Made by a program: the position numbers and the translations under genes. A model generated the notes under the pieces. That model saw only the letters and a program-made list of their open reading frames with translations, searched no databases and was not told where the DNA came from. Shown here one piece after another: positions 9,193-16,884 of a DNA stretch of 32,000 nt (positions are counted from its first letter, which is position 1; each line of letters starts with the position of its first letter). Source of the DNA: Nonlabens ponticola (lineage in GTDB: Bacteria > Bacteroidota > Bacteroidia > Flavobacteriales > Flavobacteriaceae); contig NZ_CP034549.1 of assembly GCF_003966335.1 (NCBI RefSeq), positions 2,100,001-2,132,000 of the forward strand. The letters are read 5' to 3'.

Positions 9193-10152
9193 ATGAGTAA
9201 AAAAGTATTAGCAAATGACGGCGTATCACAAAGTGGCGTTGAAAAACTAGAGGAAGCTGGATATGAGGTGATCACGACAAACGTGGCTCAAGATCAGCTA
9301 AAGGATTATATCAATAAGCATGAAATTGATGTATTGCTGGTGCGATCTGCGACCACCGTGCGTCAAGAATTAATTGACGCCTGCCCTAGCCTAAAGATTA
9401 TAGGTCGTGGTGGCGTTGGTATGGATAATATTGATGTGGCTTATGCTCGTGAGAAAGGTCTTAAGGTCATCAACACGCCAGCAGCCAGCAGCGCTAGTGT
9501 GGCCGAGCTGGTTTTTGCACACCTTTATGGTGGTGTACGATTCTTGTATGATGCCAATCGCAGCATGCCGCTAGAAGGCGATAGCAATTTCAAAGGTTTG
9601 AAGAAAGCCTATGCTAAAGGCGTTGAGCTGCGCGGTAAAACTATAGGTATCATAGGAATAGGCCGTATAGGTCAAGAAGTGGCTAAAATTGCCGCTGGAG
9701 TAGGAATGAACATAATCGCTCACGACAGCTATGCAGATGGCGCACCTACAGTTTCGTGGAAACTTTTTGATGGTCAGGAAATAAGCGTTCAAATACCACT
9801 AGTTGGTAAAGATGAGCTACTCAAACAAGCTGACTTTATCACGTTGCATGTTCCTGCGCAAGATGATTATGTGTTAGGTGCTGACGAATTCAAAGCCATG
9901 AAAAAAGGTGCCGCTGTAGTCAATGCTGCACGTGGTGGTGTTCTTGATGAGGTTGCACTTGTTGCAGCGTTAGAAAATGAGCACTTGAGCTTTGCTGCGC
10001 TGGATGTTTTTGAAAAAGAACCACAACCAGAAATCACCTTGATGATGAATAGCAAGTTGTCGCTCACGCCGCACATTGGCGCAGCTACCAACGAGGCACA
10101 AGATCGCATAGGCGTCGAGCTGGCAGATCAAATCATTGCAGAATTAGGATAA
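9193..10152 (+). CDS. serA: D-3-phosphoglycerate dehydrogenase / D-2-hydroxyacid dehydrogenase
   Basis: NAD-binding GIIGIGRIGQEVA. Catalytic region NAARGG...E...TPHIGAAT. Lies in the serC neighbourhood. Confidence 0.8.
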   Translation: MSKKVLANDGVSQSGVEKLEEAGYEVITTNVAQDQLKDYINKHEIDVLLVRSATTVRQELIDACPSLKIIGRGGVGMDNIDVAYAREKGLKVINTPAASSASVAELVFAHLYGGVRFLYDANRSMPLEGDSNFKGLKKAYAKGVELRGKTIGIIGIGRIGQEVAKIAAGVGMNIIAHDSYADGAPTVSWKLFDGQEISVQIPLVGKDELLKQADFITLHVPAQDDYVLGADEFKAMKKGAAVVNAARGGVLDEVALVAALENEHLSFAALDVFEKEPQPEITLMMNSKLSLTPHIGAATNEAQDRIGVELADQIIAELG

Positions 10153-10174
10153 TTATTATTCTACATTGAATCTA

Positions 10175-10202
10175 AAGCCTGCACAATGTGCAGGTTTTCT
10201 TA
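10175..10202 (+). terminator. Rho-independent terminator after serA
   Basis: CCTGCAC-AAT-GTGCAGG stem-loop (10178-10194) followed by TTTTCTT. Confidence 0.6.
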
Positions 10203-10272
10203 CATCATAAGGCTATTTAAGCTAGGAAAATTTATATAACTTAGGAATCAATAATCAACTAAAGATTCCGTC

Positions 10273-10671
10273 ATGATCAAACGTACTTCAATAGGAAACG
10301 AGAATATTTTATCTGTAAAGGTTATTGAAGATCTTAATAACGATGACATGGACTGGTTGACTACCTTGATTGATAAAAAAGCAAATGATGATAAGGTGCA
10401 AAATATATTACTCTATATCGAGTTTGAGGATTTTGCCGATATGTCTATTGAAAACATGATTAAATATTTCAAACTTTTTATAAGTAAGGGACATAATTTA
10501 ATGCAACGAGTTAGCCGCGCCGCCGCTATTACAGATGATACCATGTTAGCAAATAAATTGGCATTAGAATTTAGTTTATTACCTAGTACCAAATTCAAAA
10601 GCTATAAGCCAGAACACAAAGAAAATGCCTTGCAATGGCTCCGCGGTGATGAGCTTGTAGAACCAGTATAG
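10273..10671 (+). CDS. STAS/SEC14-like (SpoIIAA-like) domain protein
   Basis: Size (132 aa) and pattern (LLYIEFEDF..., ITDD...) resemble the DUF3478/STAS-like family. No catalytic motif. Stop lies 2 nt from the next gene. Confidence 0.4.
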   Translation: MIKRTSIGNENILSVKVIEDLNNDDMDWLTTLIDKKANDDKVQNILLYIEFEDFADMSIENMIKYFKLFISKGHNLMQRVSRAAAITDDTMLANKLALEFSLLPSTKFKSYKPEHKENALQWLRGDELVEPV

Positions 10672-10673
10672 GT

Positions 10674-11762
10674 TTGAGTATTATGCTGCGACACACTGGA
10701 TTACTTATCACTTTATTCACGATACTATGTGTCCAACAAACCTGTCAAGGACAATCCAGAAAGCTTAAGAATGTTAGAGAACAGTTTTTAAAAGAAGCCG
10801 AAGTTCAAAAAGTCCCATCGATAGACGCGATAATCTGGTCACCAAAAGACTCGCTTGCCATTGATTACCATAATCCTGATGTACTTAATATTCATGAATA
10901 TGGTTTAGGAAGCACCACCAAGATGCTAAGCGCTATCGTAGTCATGGACCTAATTGAAAGGGACTCGATAGATCTAGAGATACCTATTAATTACTATTTG
11001 CGTGAGCAGGGTCGTGAGGCATGGCAAGGCATTAAGGTCAAGCAACTCCTGAACCATACTAGTGGTATCGTTGATTACACGCGCAACCCAGATTGGATCA
11101 AGATGGTCACGGCACAGCAATCACCACGAACTACACAAGAGCGATTAGCTTTGGTAATTGATAGTTTGTCACAGCCACAAGGAATATTTCACTACAGCAA
11201 TACCAATTATGTTTTGCTGGAACTTTTGATCGAAACAATTACCGGCGATAATTATTCCATTGTCTTTAATGATTTCTTTAAGCAACGTGATCTAGACGGT
11301 ATATATTTACCTACAAGCATAGACTCGACACAGACCTTTTTTGCTCAAGATTTAACAGCGGTGAGCAATGTAACAAACACACAGGAGTATTACGGCTATG
11401 CAGGCGATGCGAGAGCCAGTCCGCGCGATCTGCTAGACCTATTCAAAAAACTTTTCATTGACCACAGCATACTCAAACCAGAAACGCTGCAACTCATGCA
11501 ATCCTGGATCACGATGGGAACTATGACGATTCAAATGGATAATGCTGGCATACAAAATTATGGCTACGGCTTCATGAAATTAGACTTTGGAGACACTCAA
11601 TTGCTGGGTCACAGTGGTGGCACCTTAAAATATCAATCCTTTGCCTTTATCGATCCTGCAACGCAAACCGTGATCGTTGCGATGACTAATGCCAGCGGCG
11701 CTCATTACAACAACGCATTTGTGCAGCATCTCATTCCCATACTGTTGACAGCAATAGATTAG
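10674..11762 (+). CDS. Serine hydrolase, beta-lactamase/penicillin-binding-protein family
   Basis: Signal peptide. SxxK (GSTTK), YxN (YSNTNY) and HSGG (KTG-equivalent) motifs in the canonical order. TTG at 10674 or ATG at 10683 as start. Confidence 0.75.
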   Translation: MSIMLRHTGLLITLFTILCVQQTCQGQSRKLKNVREQFLKEAEVQKVPSIDAIIWSPKDSLAIDYHNPDVLNIHEYGLGSTTKMLSAIVVMDLIERDSIDLEIPINYYLREQGREAWQGIKVKQLLNHTSGIVDYTRNPDWIKMVTAQQSPRTTQERLALVIDSLSQPQGIFHYSNTNYVLLELLIETITGDNYSIVFNDFFKQRDLDGIYLPTSIDSTQTFFAQDLTAVSNVTNTQEYYGYAGDARASPRDLLDLFKKLFIDHSILKPETLQLMQSWITMGTMTIQMDNAGIQNYGYGFMKLDFGDTQLLGHSGGTLKYQSFAFIDPATQTVIVAMTNASGAHYNNAFVQHLIPILLTAID

Positions 11763-11792
11763 ATCAAGCTCAGTAAGTCTTGTGGTGAGTTA

Positions 11793-11806
11793 GCTTTCGC
11801 GAAAGC
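11793..11806. repeat. Iterated palindrome copy 4 (GCTTTCGCGAAAGC, flanks GTTA / GTAAC)
   Basis: Intergenic, 31 nt after the stop of the beta-lactamase-family gene. The right flank matches copy 3, and the left arm lacks one C. Confidence 0.95.
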
Positions 11807-11879
11807 GTAACAATCAACCATCCATTACACCTGATAAAAGTCATTTATGTTGTAATTTGAGAGCTTAACAAACATACTC

Positions 11880-12518
11880 ATGGCTTCTATACTCGATTTA
11901 TTACAAACAGACCTGGGACAAACTTTGATTCAAGGAGCGTCCAAAAAAACCAATACCACACCAGACAAAACAGCTAATGTTTTATCACAGGCAATGCCCT
12001 TGATTCTAGGAGCCATGCAGCGCAATGCGAGAACACCACAAGGTGCGCAATCGCTTAACAACGCCTTGAGCAATCCCAAACACAATGGTGGCGTGCTAGA
12101 TATATTGGGCGGCCTTTTTGGCGACGGTCCTGGTACTCCAGATGATCTAGTGAATGAAGGGTCTGGGATTTTGGGACACGTTCTAGGACAAAAACAACCG
12201 CAGGTAGAAAGTGCTATATCAACATCAAGTGGCGTTGACGCACAATCAGTAGGACAAATTTTAAAGATCGCGGCGCCTATTATCATGGGATTACTGGGTA
12301 AGCAAAAACAGGAGCAACAAGTTAATGATAACGGAATAGGTGATCTACTTGGTTCTGTTCTAGGACAATCTGGTTCACAAGATCAATCCTTTATCTCTAC
12401 CCTACTCGATGCAGACGGTGATGGCAGCATGATCGATGATGTAGCTGGAATGGTGTTAGGCGGCGATAAGAAAAAATCAGGTCTAGGCGGTATGCTGGGT
12501 GGCCTTTTTGGAAAATAA
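11880..12518 (+). CDS. DUF937-like glycine-rich protein
   Basis: ILDLL N-terminus. Repeated LLG/LGG glycine-rich segments and a DADGDGS motif, as in DUF937 proteins. Confidence 0.5.
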   Translation: MASILDLLQTDLGQTLIQGASKKTNTTPDKTANVLSQAMPLILGAMQRNARTPQGAQSLNNALSNPKHNGGVLDILGGLFGDGPGTPDDLVNEGSGILGHVLGQKQPQVESAISTSSGVDAQSVGQILKIAAPIIMGLLGKQKQEQQVNDNGIGDLLGSVLGQSGSQDQSFISTLLDADGDGSMIDDVAGMVLGGDKKKSGLGGMLGGLFGK

Positions 12519-12942
12519 AGGCACGGTGAAAAATGTGCTTTCATATTTTGTGATTCTGGTATCTATAGTGATTCTAGCATCCTGCGGTAGCAATCAAGCT
12601 AAATATCCCAACGATACTGAACCTACTGCAGTTGCTGGCGATACTATACGTATAGCCAACGATAGCCTAGAATATGAGATCATAATCATCGAACCTGGAT
12701 TCAATGCCTGGCTAGCTACTCAACCACCACGAGGTTACTTTACTCCAGCGATCATGGATGCGTCCAACGATCGCAAGGTGTTGGAATACAATTTAAGAGT
12801 GAATGCGCCGCTTAATTATGATCCTAGTTTATATGTTTTTAGGATAGATTATGATCGCGATGTTGATTATGGTGATGAGGTAACCTTCTTACTGTTTAAC
12901 TATTTTAGATTCTTTGAACAGCGGTATAATCAGCGATTGTAG
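12499..12942 (+). CDS. Lipoprotein, DUF6146-like
   Basis: Lipobox ILASCGSN. Conserved-looking EYEIIIIEPGFNAWL...PRGYF and LFNYFRFFEQRYNQRL segments. The start is uncertain: ATG 12499 overlaps the previous gene, and in-frame GTG codons at 12526 and 12535 are alternatives. Confidence 0.55.
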   Translation: MAFLENKGTVKNVLSYFVILVSIVILASCGSNQAKYPNDTEPTAVAGDTIRIANDSLEYEIIIIEPGFNAWLATQPPRGYFTPAIMDASNDRKVLEYNLRVNAPLNYDPSLYVFRIDYDRDVDYGDEVTFLLFNYFRFFEQRYNQRL

Positions 12943-12956
12943 CCTATTTTTGCAGT

Positions 12957-13460
12957 ATGCAAAAGATTAAGGAAAACTGGGAAATAACCGAGAGCTGGCA
13001 ATTTATCTACATTTTTCTAGGTGTTGTGGCATTACTTGCTTGTGGTTTTTATGTAGCGTTTAAACTACTGCCTAGCACGTTTGAAGATGTGACGTATGAG
13101 TATTTGTTTGTCGGCGCTGTAACGTTGGTATTGGCTTACATATTTTATAGGATTAGCCTTTGGCTCTTTGAAAAGCTAAAACCACGTTGGGCTGTTGAAT
13201 ATCGATGGGAATTGATTGCCATATTTATTGTTTTTGCTATTACCGGTTCAGCATCTGCTAGATTATCTGGACCTGTGCTTGAATGGATAGGATTAGATCG
13301 AGAAACCACTAATGCCTGGATATTTTGGCCGTTGCGCCTACTGATTATCTTTCCTTTTTATCAAGTGTTACTCGTAGTTATGGGCTGGATCTTCGGTCAG
13401 TTTGATTTTTTCTGGGCTTTTGAGAAGAAGATGTTAGCAAGGTTTGGTATTAAGCTTTAA
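12957..13460 (+). CDS. Conserved integral membrane protein
   Basis: About four predicted hydrophobic helices. C-terminal FFWAFEKKMLARFG motif. Function unknown. Confidence 0.55.
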   Translation: MQKIKENWEITESWQFIYIFLGVVALLACGFYVAFKLLPSTFEDVTYEYLFVGAVTLVLAYIFYRISLWLFEKLKPRWAVEYRWELIAIFIVFAITGSASARLSGPVLEWIGLDRETTNAWIFWPLRLLIIFPFYQVLLVVMGWIFGQFDFFWAFEKKMLARFGIKL

Positions 13461-13509
13461 AAACTGAAGTAATAGTTAAAGTAAAGGCATTGTCTTTTTA
13501 AAAATCCTG

Positions 13510-13517
13510 TATATTTG
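13510..13517 (+). promoter_or_regulatory. Candidate -7 box (TATATTTG) of the tRNA-Arg promoter
   Basis: Exact TAnnTTTG match 28 nt upstream of tRNA position 1. Confidence 0.45.
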
Positions 13518-13544
13518 CAACCGCTTTTAAAAAAGCATAAGTAA

Positions 13545-13618
13545 GGTCGCGTAGCTCAGCTGGATAGAGCATCTGCCTTCTAAGCAGACGGTCACAGGTT
13601 CGAATCCTGTCGCGATCA
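13545..13618 (+). tRNA. tRNA-Arg (anticodon UCU)
   Basis: Hand-folded 74-nt cloverleaf. Acceptor GGTCGCG/CGCGATC (one G-U pair), D stem GCTC/GAGC, anticodon stem TCTGC/GCAGA with loop CTTCTAA, T stem ACAGG/CCTGT with TTCGAAT loop, discriminator A. No encoded CCA. Confidence 0.95.
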
Positions 13619-13630
13619 CGACACTCAATC

Positions 13631-13665
13631 AACCATGCTCAAAATGAGCATGGTTTTGTTTTTTT
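13631..13665 (+). terminator. Rho-independent terminator of tRNA-Arg
   Basis: AACCATGCTCA / TGAGCATGGTT 11-bp inverted repeat followed by TTGTTTTTTT. Confidence 0.75.
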
Positions 13666-13748
13666 CAGGCATGTCAAAAGCCATAGCTTATGTAAGTGCA
13701 TGAAAAGAATAAAACTAAACGCGACCAAAGGAGCGGCTGGGTTGATTT

Positions 13749-13808
13749 TTTGCAACATTGAGTTCTCTTGGGATCTTGTGAATAATCCTGTCGCGATCAC
13801 GACACTCA
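13749..13808 (+). repeat. Degenerate copy A of the tRNA-Arg 3' end
   Basis: 13784-13808 is identical over 25 nt to 13603-13627: the T-loop 3' part, acceptor 3' strand, and 9 nt beyond the discriminator base (the tRNA ends at 13618). The T-loop region upstream is recognisable but carries indels. Confidence 0.8.
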
Positions 13809-13834
13809 CAACTGCGTTGTGATTTAAATAAGAA

Positions 13835-13874
13835 AAATCCAACAAGCAATAAGCTTGATTGGATTTTTTGTTTT
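13835..13874 (+). terminator. Terminator-like hairpin after repeat copy A
   Basis: AAATCCAACAAGC / GCTTGATTGGATTT stem (one bulge) followed by TTTTTGTTTT. Confidence 0.55.
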
Positions 13875-13909
13875 AAAGCACCTAGGCTTCATAAGCCTGG
13901 GCAGTTGTA

Positions 13910-13961
13910 TTTGCAACATTGAGCTCTATCAGGATCTTGCGAATAATCCTGTCGCGAGCAC
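13910..13961 (+). repeat. Degenerate copy B of the tRNA-Arg 3' end
   Basis: 52 nt, aligned by hand to copy A (13749-13800) with 6 mismatches. Shares AATCCTGTCGCGA with the tRNA 3' end, then diverges. Confidence 0.7.
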
Positions 13962-14072
13962 ACTTTAATTTAGAAATCCTTGTAAAATCAATGTATTTGG
14001 TAGCTAGAGTTTTTTATTGCGATCAAATAAGTATTTTGACACGCACTAATCACTTAATAATTCTACTAGTTT

Positions 14073-14468
14073 ATGTCTTACCAGTATGCTTCACTACCAG
14101 ACCGGATCAAAGCAGCCATCATTGACGGTATCATTCTAATCATCGCCATGTATCTGACCACTGATATCTTGAGTAGGTTCGACCACGTTTCAGACTTTGT
14201 CAGGATCACGATTTTTGTTATTCTATTTTTTCTTTATGATCCATTAATGGTTTCAATCTTTGGAGGAACCTTAGGTCACTTACTAAGTGATATATCAGTT
14301 AAAAAACATCAGGATGAAACTACTAATATCAATTTTATAAAGTCAATAGTTCGTTTTTTTCTCAAGATCACTCTAGGCTGGTTGTCATTACTTACCGTTA
14401 CTGGCAATGAAAGAAAACAAGCTATTCACGATCTAGCCGTTGGATCTGTAGTGTTAAGAGATGTTTAG
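14073..14468 (+). CDS. RDD family membrane protein
   Basis: N-terminal ASLPDRIKAAIIDGIILII (RDD-domain start), three hydrophobic segments, C-terminal HDLAVGSVV. Confidence 0.65.
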   Translation: MSYQYASLPDRIKAAIIDGIILIIAMYLTTDILSRFDHVSDFVRITIFVILFFLYDPLMVSIFGGTLGHLLSDISVKKHQDETTNINFIKSIVRFFLKITLGWLSLLTVTGNERKQAIHDLAVGSVVLRDV

Positions 14469-14614
14469 TTTAATGTTATAATAGTATTTTAATTCCTGAC
14501 AAACGCAACAAAATTCCTTCAACTGTCGATCTTTAGAGATTCTGATGGCTTCTAGTCAGGCTCACTATTATGACAAACTTCAACCATGATTAATAGATTC
14601 TATTATACCAACTA

Positions 14615-15166
14615 ATGAAAACCATCGTACTCCTTTTCATTTTATGCTCAGCGTGTGCAATCAACGCGCAATCCTTTCATACAGAGCATAATTATAAATC
14701 AAAAGGCATTATCATCCAGAACAGTTACCCAAAAGGTGGACAACGGTTCACAGCACCAGATGGGAAAGAATATGTTTATGTAATCTTTTGGACTTCTATC
14801 ACCAATAGTAGCGATGCTTCTATGCAGTTAAACCTAGCGTTCTCTGCAAATTCATTTACTATTCCATCATCAGGTGACATCAATTTTAATGTATACCTGC
14901 CAGATACTGAAATGAAGCCCGAAAAGGCTGCACTACCTAATTATGGTCTGGATATAATCTCTTATTTAAATAAAAATCTAGATAGCAAAACTAAATTAGG
15001 TGCGACAATAACGCCTCATAGTTCATACAGCTTTTATACGGTGGCCATTGCCAATCAAGGTGTTGAAGGTACTATGCGTGCAGGATTTGAATTGCAAAAT
15101 GAGGAGTTGATATACGGCCTCAATAACCATAAAATTTCTAGCGGGACAATACAATTGGTAAAATAG
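14615..15166 (+). CDS. Hypothetical secreted protein
   Basis: Signal peptide MKTIVLLFILCSACAINAQ. I recognise no domain. Confidence 0.5.
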   Translation: MKTIVLLFILCSACAINAQSFHTEHNYKSKGIIIQNSYPKGGQRFTAPDGKEYVYVIFWTSITNSSDASMQLNLAFSANSFTIPSSGDINFNVYLPDTEMKPEKAALPNYGLDIISYLNKNLDSKTKLGATITPHSSYSFYTVAIANQGVEGTMRAGFELQNEELIYGLNNHKISSGTIQLVK

Positions 15167-15296
15167 CATATAAATTACGTTCAACGAGTTGCTCAGTATG
15201 GTACAGTTGAGCATTCTCTTTCACAAAATAATCTTACAATCCGCTACCCTTGTTATTCCTGTTCTAACTTTACGACCTACAATAAAAACCAACCAC

Positions 15297-15893
15297 ATGC
15301 CTTATAGAATGTTTGAAGAGTATAATATCGAGGTCACAGACGATATAAAGGATAAATACAAAAGCGTTATTACAGATCTAGGTGAAGATGTAGAACGTGA
15401 AGGCCTACTCAAAACACCAGAGCGTGCCGCCAAAGCAATGCAGTTCCTAACATCAGGATATGATCAGGATCCAGCAGCTGTGCTCAAGGGAGCCATGTTT
15501 GCCGAGGATTATAAGGATATGGTTATTATCAAGGATATTGAATTGTACTCGCTTTGCGAGCATCACATGCTACCGTTTTTTGGTAAAGCGCACATCGCTT
15601 ACATTCCTAACGGTCATATTGTGGGATTATCTAAGATTCCTCGTATCGTAGATATTTTTGCACGACGCTTGCAGGTACAAGAACGTTTAACGCACGATAT
15701 TCTAGAGTGTATTCATAATACATTGCAACCTCAAGGTGTTGCTGTGGTGATAGAAGCTTCACACATGTGTATGATGATGCGCGGTGTACAAAAGCAAAAC
15801 AGCTCTACCACTACCAGCGGTTTCCGCGGGCAATTTGAAAAAGTAGAGACTCGTACTGAGTTCCTAAAGCTAATCGCAAGCGACCTGCACTAA
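15297..15893 (+). CDS. folE: GTP cyclohydrolase I
   Basis: [39 protein letters not shown] and QVQERLT motifs. The ATG at 15297 is preferred over the ORF-track start at 15189, whose extra 36 aa are hydrophobic and non-homologous. Confidence 0.9.
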   Translation: MPYRMFEEYNIEVTDDIKDKYKSVITDLGEDVEREGLLKTPERAAKAMQFLTSGYDQDPAAVLKGAMFAEDYKDMVIIKDIELYSLCEHHMLPFFGKAHIAYIPNGHIVGLSKIPRIVDIFARRLQVQERLTHDILECIHNTLQPQGVAVVIEASHMCMMMRGVQKQNSSTTTSGFRGQFEKVETRTEFLKLIASDLH

Positions 15894-15942
15894 AACCAGA
15901 CTTTGGAACGTTTTTTGACTATTTCTTGTCAAAAAACAACCA

Positions 15943-16248
15943 ATGTTCAATTCTAAAGCATCAAAATTATTTTTTAGTGTCGTCTTTGACCTGGTGGGTA
16001 TGGCGTCTTATGCTATTCCTGTCGTGGGCGAACTCATCGACATCGTTTGGGCACCGATTGCCGGTTACCTCATGACGCGAGTTTATCCTGGACAAACGGG
16101 TAAAGCAGCTGGAATCCTAACCACTATTGAAGAACTTGTTCCTGGGCTGGACATCATTCCTACCTTCACGCTCACATGGATTTACACCTACATCATAAAG
16201 AAGGAACAAACGGAAACGGTCGAAGCTCTAGAGCTACCGCAAGCATAG
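15943..16248 (+). CDS. Small hypothetical membrane protein
   Basis: Two to three hydrophobic segments (VVFDLVGMASYAIPVVG, VWAPIAGYLM, DIIPTFTLTWIYTYII). Function unknown. Confidence 0.45.
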   Translation: MFNSKASKLFFSVVFDLVGMASYAIPVVGELIDIVWAPIAGYLMTRVYPGQTGKAAGILTTIEELVPGLDIIPTFTLTWIYTYIIKKEQTETVEALELPQA

Positions 16249-16249
16249 A

Positions 16250-16774
16250 CTATTTAGCCAGATCAGCGTGATGTTTCATCAACTTGCTGATTTTAGGATC
16301 AATAATCGCCGTGCAATAGCCTTGCTGGCGATTGTTATTATAGTAATCTTTATGATACGCCTCTGCATGATAGAATTCAGTAGCTGGAGCAATCTCGGTC
16401 ACGATAGGATCTTTAAACGCATTGCTATCTTCTAGCGATTGCACATATTCTCGTGCGATTTTTTCCTGCTCCTCATTCATATATAAAATTGCGCTGCGAT
16501 AGTGCGTTCCCACGTCATATCCTTGCCTGTTGAGCGTGGTAGGATCATGGGTCGCCATAAATACTTGTAGCAATTGGCGATAGGTTACTACATCTGGATC
16601 ATAGGTTATCAAGATGGCTTCTGCATGGCCAGTGCGACCTTGCACTACTTCACGATACGGTGGATTCTTTATAAAACCACCGCAAAAACCTGGCTCCACA
16701 TCGCTTACACCTTTCACTCGCTGAAAAACCGCCTCAGTACACCAGAAACAACCACCTGCCAATATCGCCTGCAT
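16250..16774 (-). CDS. msrA: Peptide-methionine (S)-S-oxide reductase
   Basis: GGCFWC active-site motif at the N-terminus, GHAEA, DPTTLNRQG, YHKDYY. Confidence 0.9.
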   Translation of the reverse strand: MQAILAGGCFWCTEAVFQRVKGVSDVEPGFCGGFIKNPPYREVVQGRTGHAEAILITYDPDVVTYRQLLQVFMATHDPTTLNRQGYDVGTHYRSAILYMNEEQEKIAREYVQSLEDSNAFKDPIVTEIAPATEFYHAEAYHKDYYNNNRQQGYCTAIIDPKISKLMKHHADLAK

Positions 16775-16859
16775 ATATTTTTTTAAGCAAGTTACTTGCC
16801 GCGCCAGCGATAGCCGCGAGTATTAACAAGGCTTTAAAAGTTACTGGGCTTTAACATTT

Positions 16860-16867
16860 TATTTTTG
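16860..16867 (+). promoter_or_regulatory. Candidate -7 box (TATTTTTG) for the 16885 gene
   Basis: TAnnTTTG match 18 nt upstream of the ATG at 16885. Confidence 0.35.
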
Positions 16868-16884
16868 TCATTTTGTAGTTACCT

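Noticed and set aside
13639-14125. ORFs 13639..13845 (-) and 13919..14125 (+) in the tRNA-flanking region.
   Set aside because: They run through the terminator hairpins and tRNA-derived repeats, have odd composition, and the second overlaps the start of the RDD gene. They are better explained as non-coding.
15189-15296. Upstream extension of folE, and the antisense ORF 15023..15214.
   Set aside because: The extension is hydrophobic and unrelated to GTP cyclohydrolase I N-termini. The ATG at 15297 gives a protein of the normal length.
16787-16799. GCAAGT-T-ACTTGC palindrome in the msrA / 16885 divergent promoter region, considered as a possible operator.
   Set aside because: It is a single 13-bp occurrence with no second copy in the window and no known regulator nearby. 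The evidence is insufficient.
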